DNA from: Octopus vulgaris
Taxonomy: Eukaryota
Direction: 5' to 3'
NCBI GenBank assembly: GCA_951406725.2
Contig: OX597814.1
Span: forward strand, 79,298,001-79,362,000
Length of the DNA stretch: 64,000 bases
Both the position numbers and the translations under genes were made by a program. Under the pieces are notes generated by a model. It made no database searches, was not told where the DNA came from, and saw only the letters and a program-made list of their open reading frames with translations. Each line of letters begins with the position of its first letter. Position 1 is the first letter of the stretch. This document shows positions 62,508 to 64,000 of the stretch, piece after piece.

Positions 62508-62588
<81 letters not shown>

Positions 62589-62721
62589 GCAATATCTGCA
62601 TTTCCATTTGTAAGGAGCTGCGGTCCTGGGTCAAGTCCAAGTCTGAGCATCTGGTACCCATAATGTCGTAAGATGCTTACCCACCAGTTGTGCAATGAAC
62701 TTGTTGAAAGCTCCCCGTTAG

Positions 62722-62807
<86 letters not shown>

Positions 62808-62874
62808 TACAGTTCTATATTTAAGAGATGAGGAATTATATACATTATTTACATTTGGCGGATACTTGTCCTCA

Positions 62875-63976
62875 CCTTGCTTGCTGTTAAGACACCGCAT
62901 TTTTAGACTAAATCTGTCATCTTCGTGACATCTGCATTTTAGTCCTTTTTGCACAACATGGTTGTACACATTTTGTCCTAAATGAAACAAGCAACATATC
63001 AAATTCGACCCAGGAAACGGTTCCAGAAATCCGTTATGTACTGCTTTTTCGAAATCCATAATTATATTATCAGATCCCTCATTCTGGCAAAAAGTCCACT
63101 ATATATGTCTTGAGTTTTGTCAGAGAGCAAAGCGAACAATCAATTTGAATGTGAAGTATATATATAACTGAAAAAATATACTTGAGCAGCACTTGTTCCA
63201 TCTGCTGCCCAGTTCTTGTGCTGTTTTAACTGTCGAAGTGCTTCGTCACTTGCAAATATTCGTATTTGTTTTGAATCTTCTTCCTCGCTGTCATACTGTA
63301 AAAACGTTTCATCATTGTCAAGGGCGGAGTATTCACTTGGAATGGAAAAACCCGACATTTTTATAAGTAGGGTGGCAGGATCGTTGAAATCAGCTTGCCT
63401 CCAACGTCTAATATTCCTATAAAGCTGTACAAACGGAGGTATTTGCGACGATGTACACTCATTTAAATTCTAAACTTCACCAGCGATAATTGAGCAAAGG
63501 GCATCACGAGATGAAATAAACTTTACTTTAATATTTGAAACTATCATCCTTGCATTATGGATCCCAATCTTATGGATTATGGGTCCCAATCTCTTTATAA
63601 TTTTCATCTGTATGAAGTCTCACCTTGCACACACGATTTTCGCACCGTCAATCCATCTGCATTCTACTTATTTTTTGTGTGCATGTAATTTTTTTGAACG
63701 ATCGCTTTGATTTTTCCTTTCTCTGAAGTTATGATCTTGTAGGTAATCATGTTGATGGGTATTAAAGAAAGGAAAAAAAATATCTAAAACTGTCTAACGA
63801 CAATTTTAATCCTAAAGTGATTGATCTAAACTTTCCCTCGAAATTCACATTTAAGAGTATTTTGGGACGAATTCACCAGCGACGAATTGACCTGGGAATG
63901 AATTGATCAACGATGAAATGACCGGGGGCAAATTAACCGACGACGAAATAACCGGGAACGAAATGTCCTAGCACCG
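62875..63976 (-). mobile_element. MULE (Mutator-like) DNA transposon, left end plus disrupted FLYWCH-MULE transposase
   Basis: Terminus CGGTGCTAGGACATTTCG followed by 7 approx. 15-bp subterminal repeats (63863-63970); ATG at 63750: MITYKIITSEKGK..NYMHTKNK*..CENRVCKVRLHT..GTHN (FLYWCH-like); FLQYDS..IRIFASDEALRQL..NWAADGT; MDFEKAVHNGFLEPFPGSNLICCLFHLGQ (MULE DDE region with CxxH). Confidence 0.88.
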
Positions 63977-64000
63977 TTTTAGGGGTACGGGTCCAACTTC

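Noticed and set aside
63863-63970. 15-bp tandem repeats as CRISPR or iteron array
   Set aside because: No spacers; position at a MULE terminus explains them

Overview
AT-rich, microsatellite-saturated animal DNA. The repeat families (tRNA-derived SINEs resembling the octopus retroposons, R4/Dong-like elements, dense (TA)n/(TACA)n/(AAT)n/(GA)n) point by inference to an Octopus/coleoid cephalopod intron or intergenic region. I find no intact host protein-coding gene, tRNA, rRNA or CRISPR array, and nearly all listed ORFs are read-throughs of simple repeats. The real coding signal is dead transposon sequence: at least 6 restriction-like-endonuclease (RLE, R4/Dong-like) non-LTR fragments, RTE and CR1/L2 LINE pieces, Penelope-like (PLE) pieces, a MULE/FLYWCH transposase, a mariner piece, three adjacent non-autonomous Helitrons and several MITEs. 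There are also four recurring SINE-like families, which I call A/A', B, C and D. The most interesting signal is organisational. Microsatellites appear to act as landing pads: RLE elements and SINE A stack in (AAT)n arrays on opposite strands, and another RLE family sits in a (TACA)n tract inside a SINE B. A CR1/L2 LINE 3' end shares a covarying stem-loop tail with SINE B. SINE heads and tails are modularly swapped, and a variant PLE-type hammerhead motif is present. Coordinates are read by eye and ends are approximate unless termini or TSDs are given. No database searches were run.
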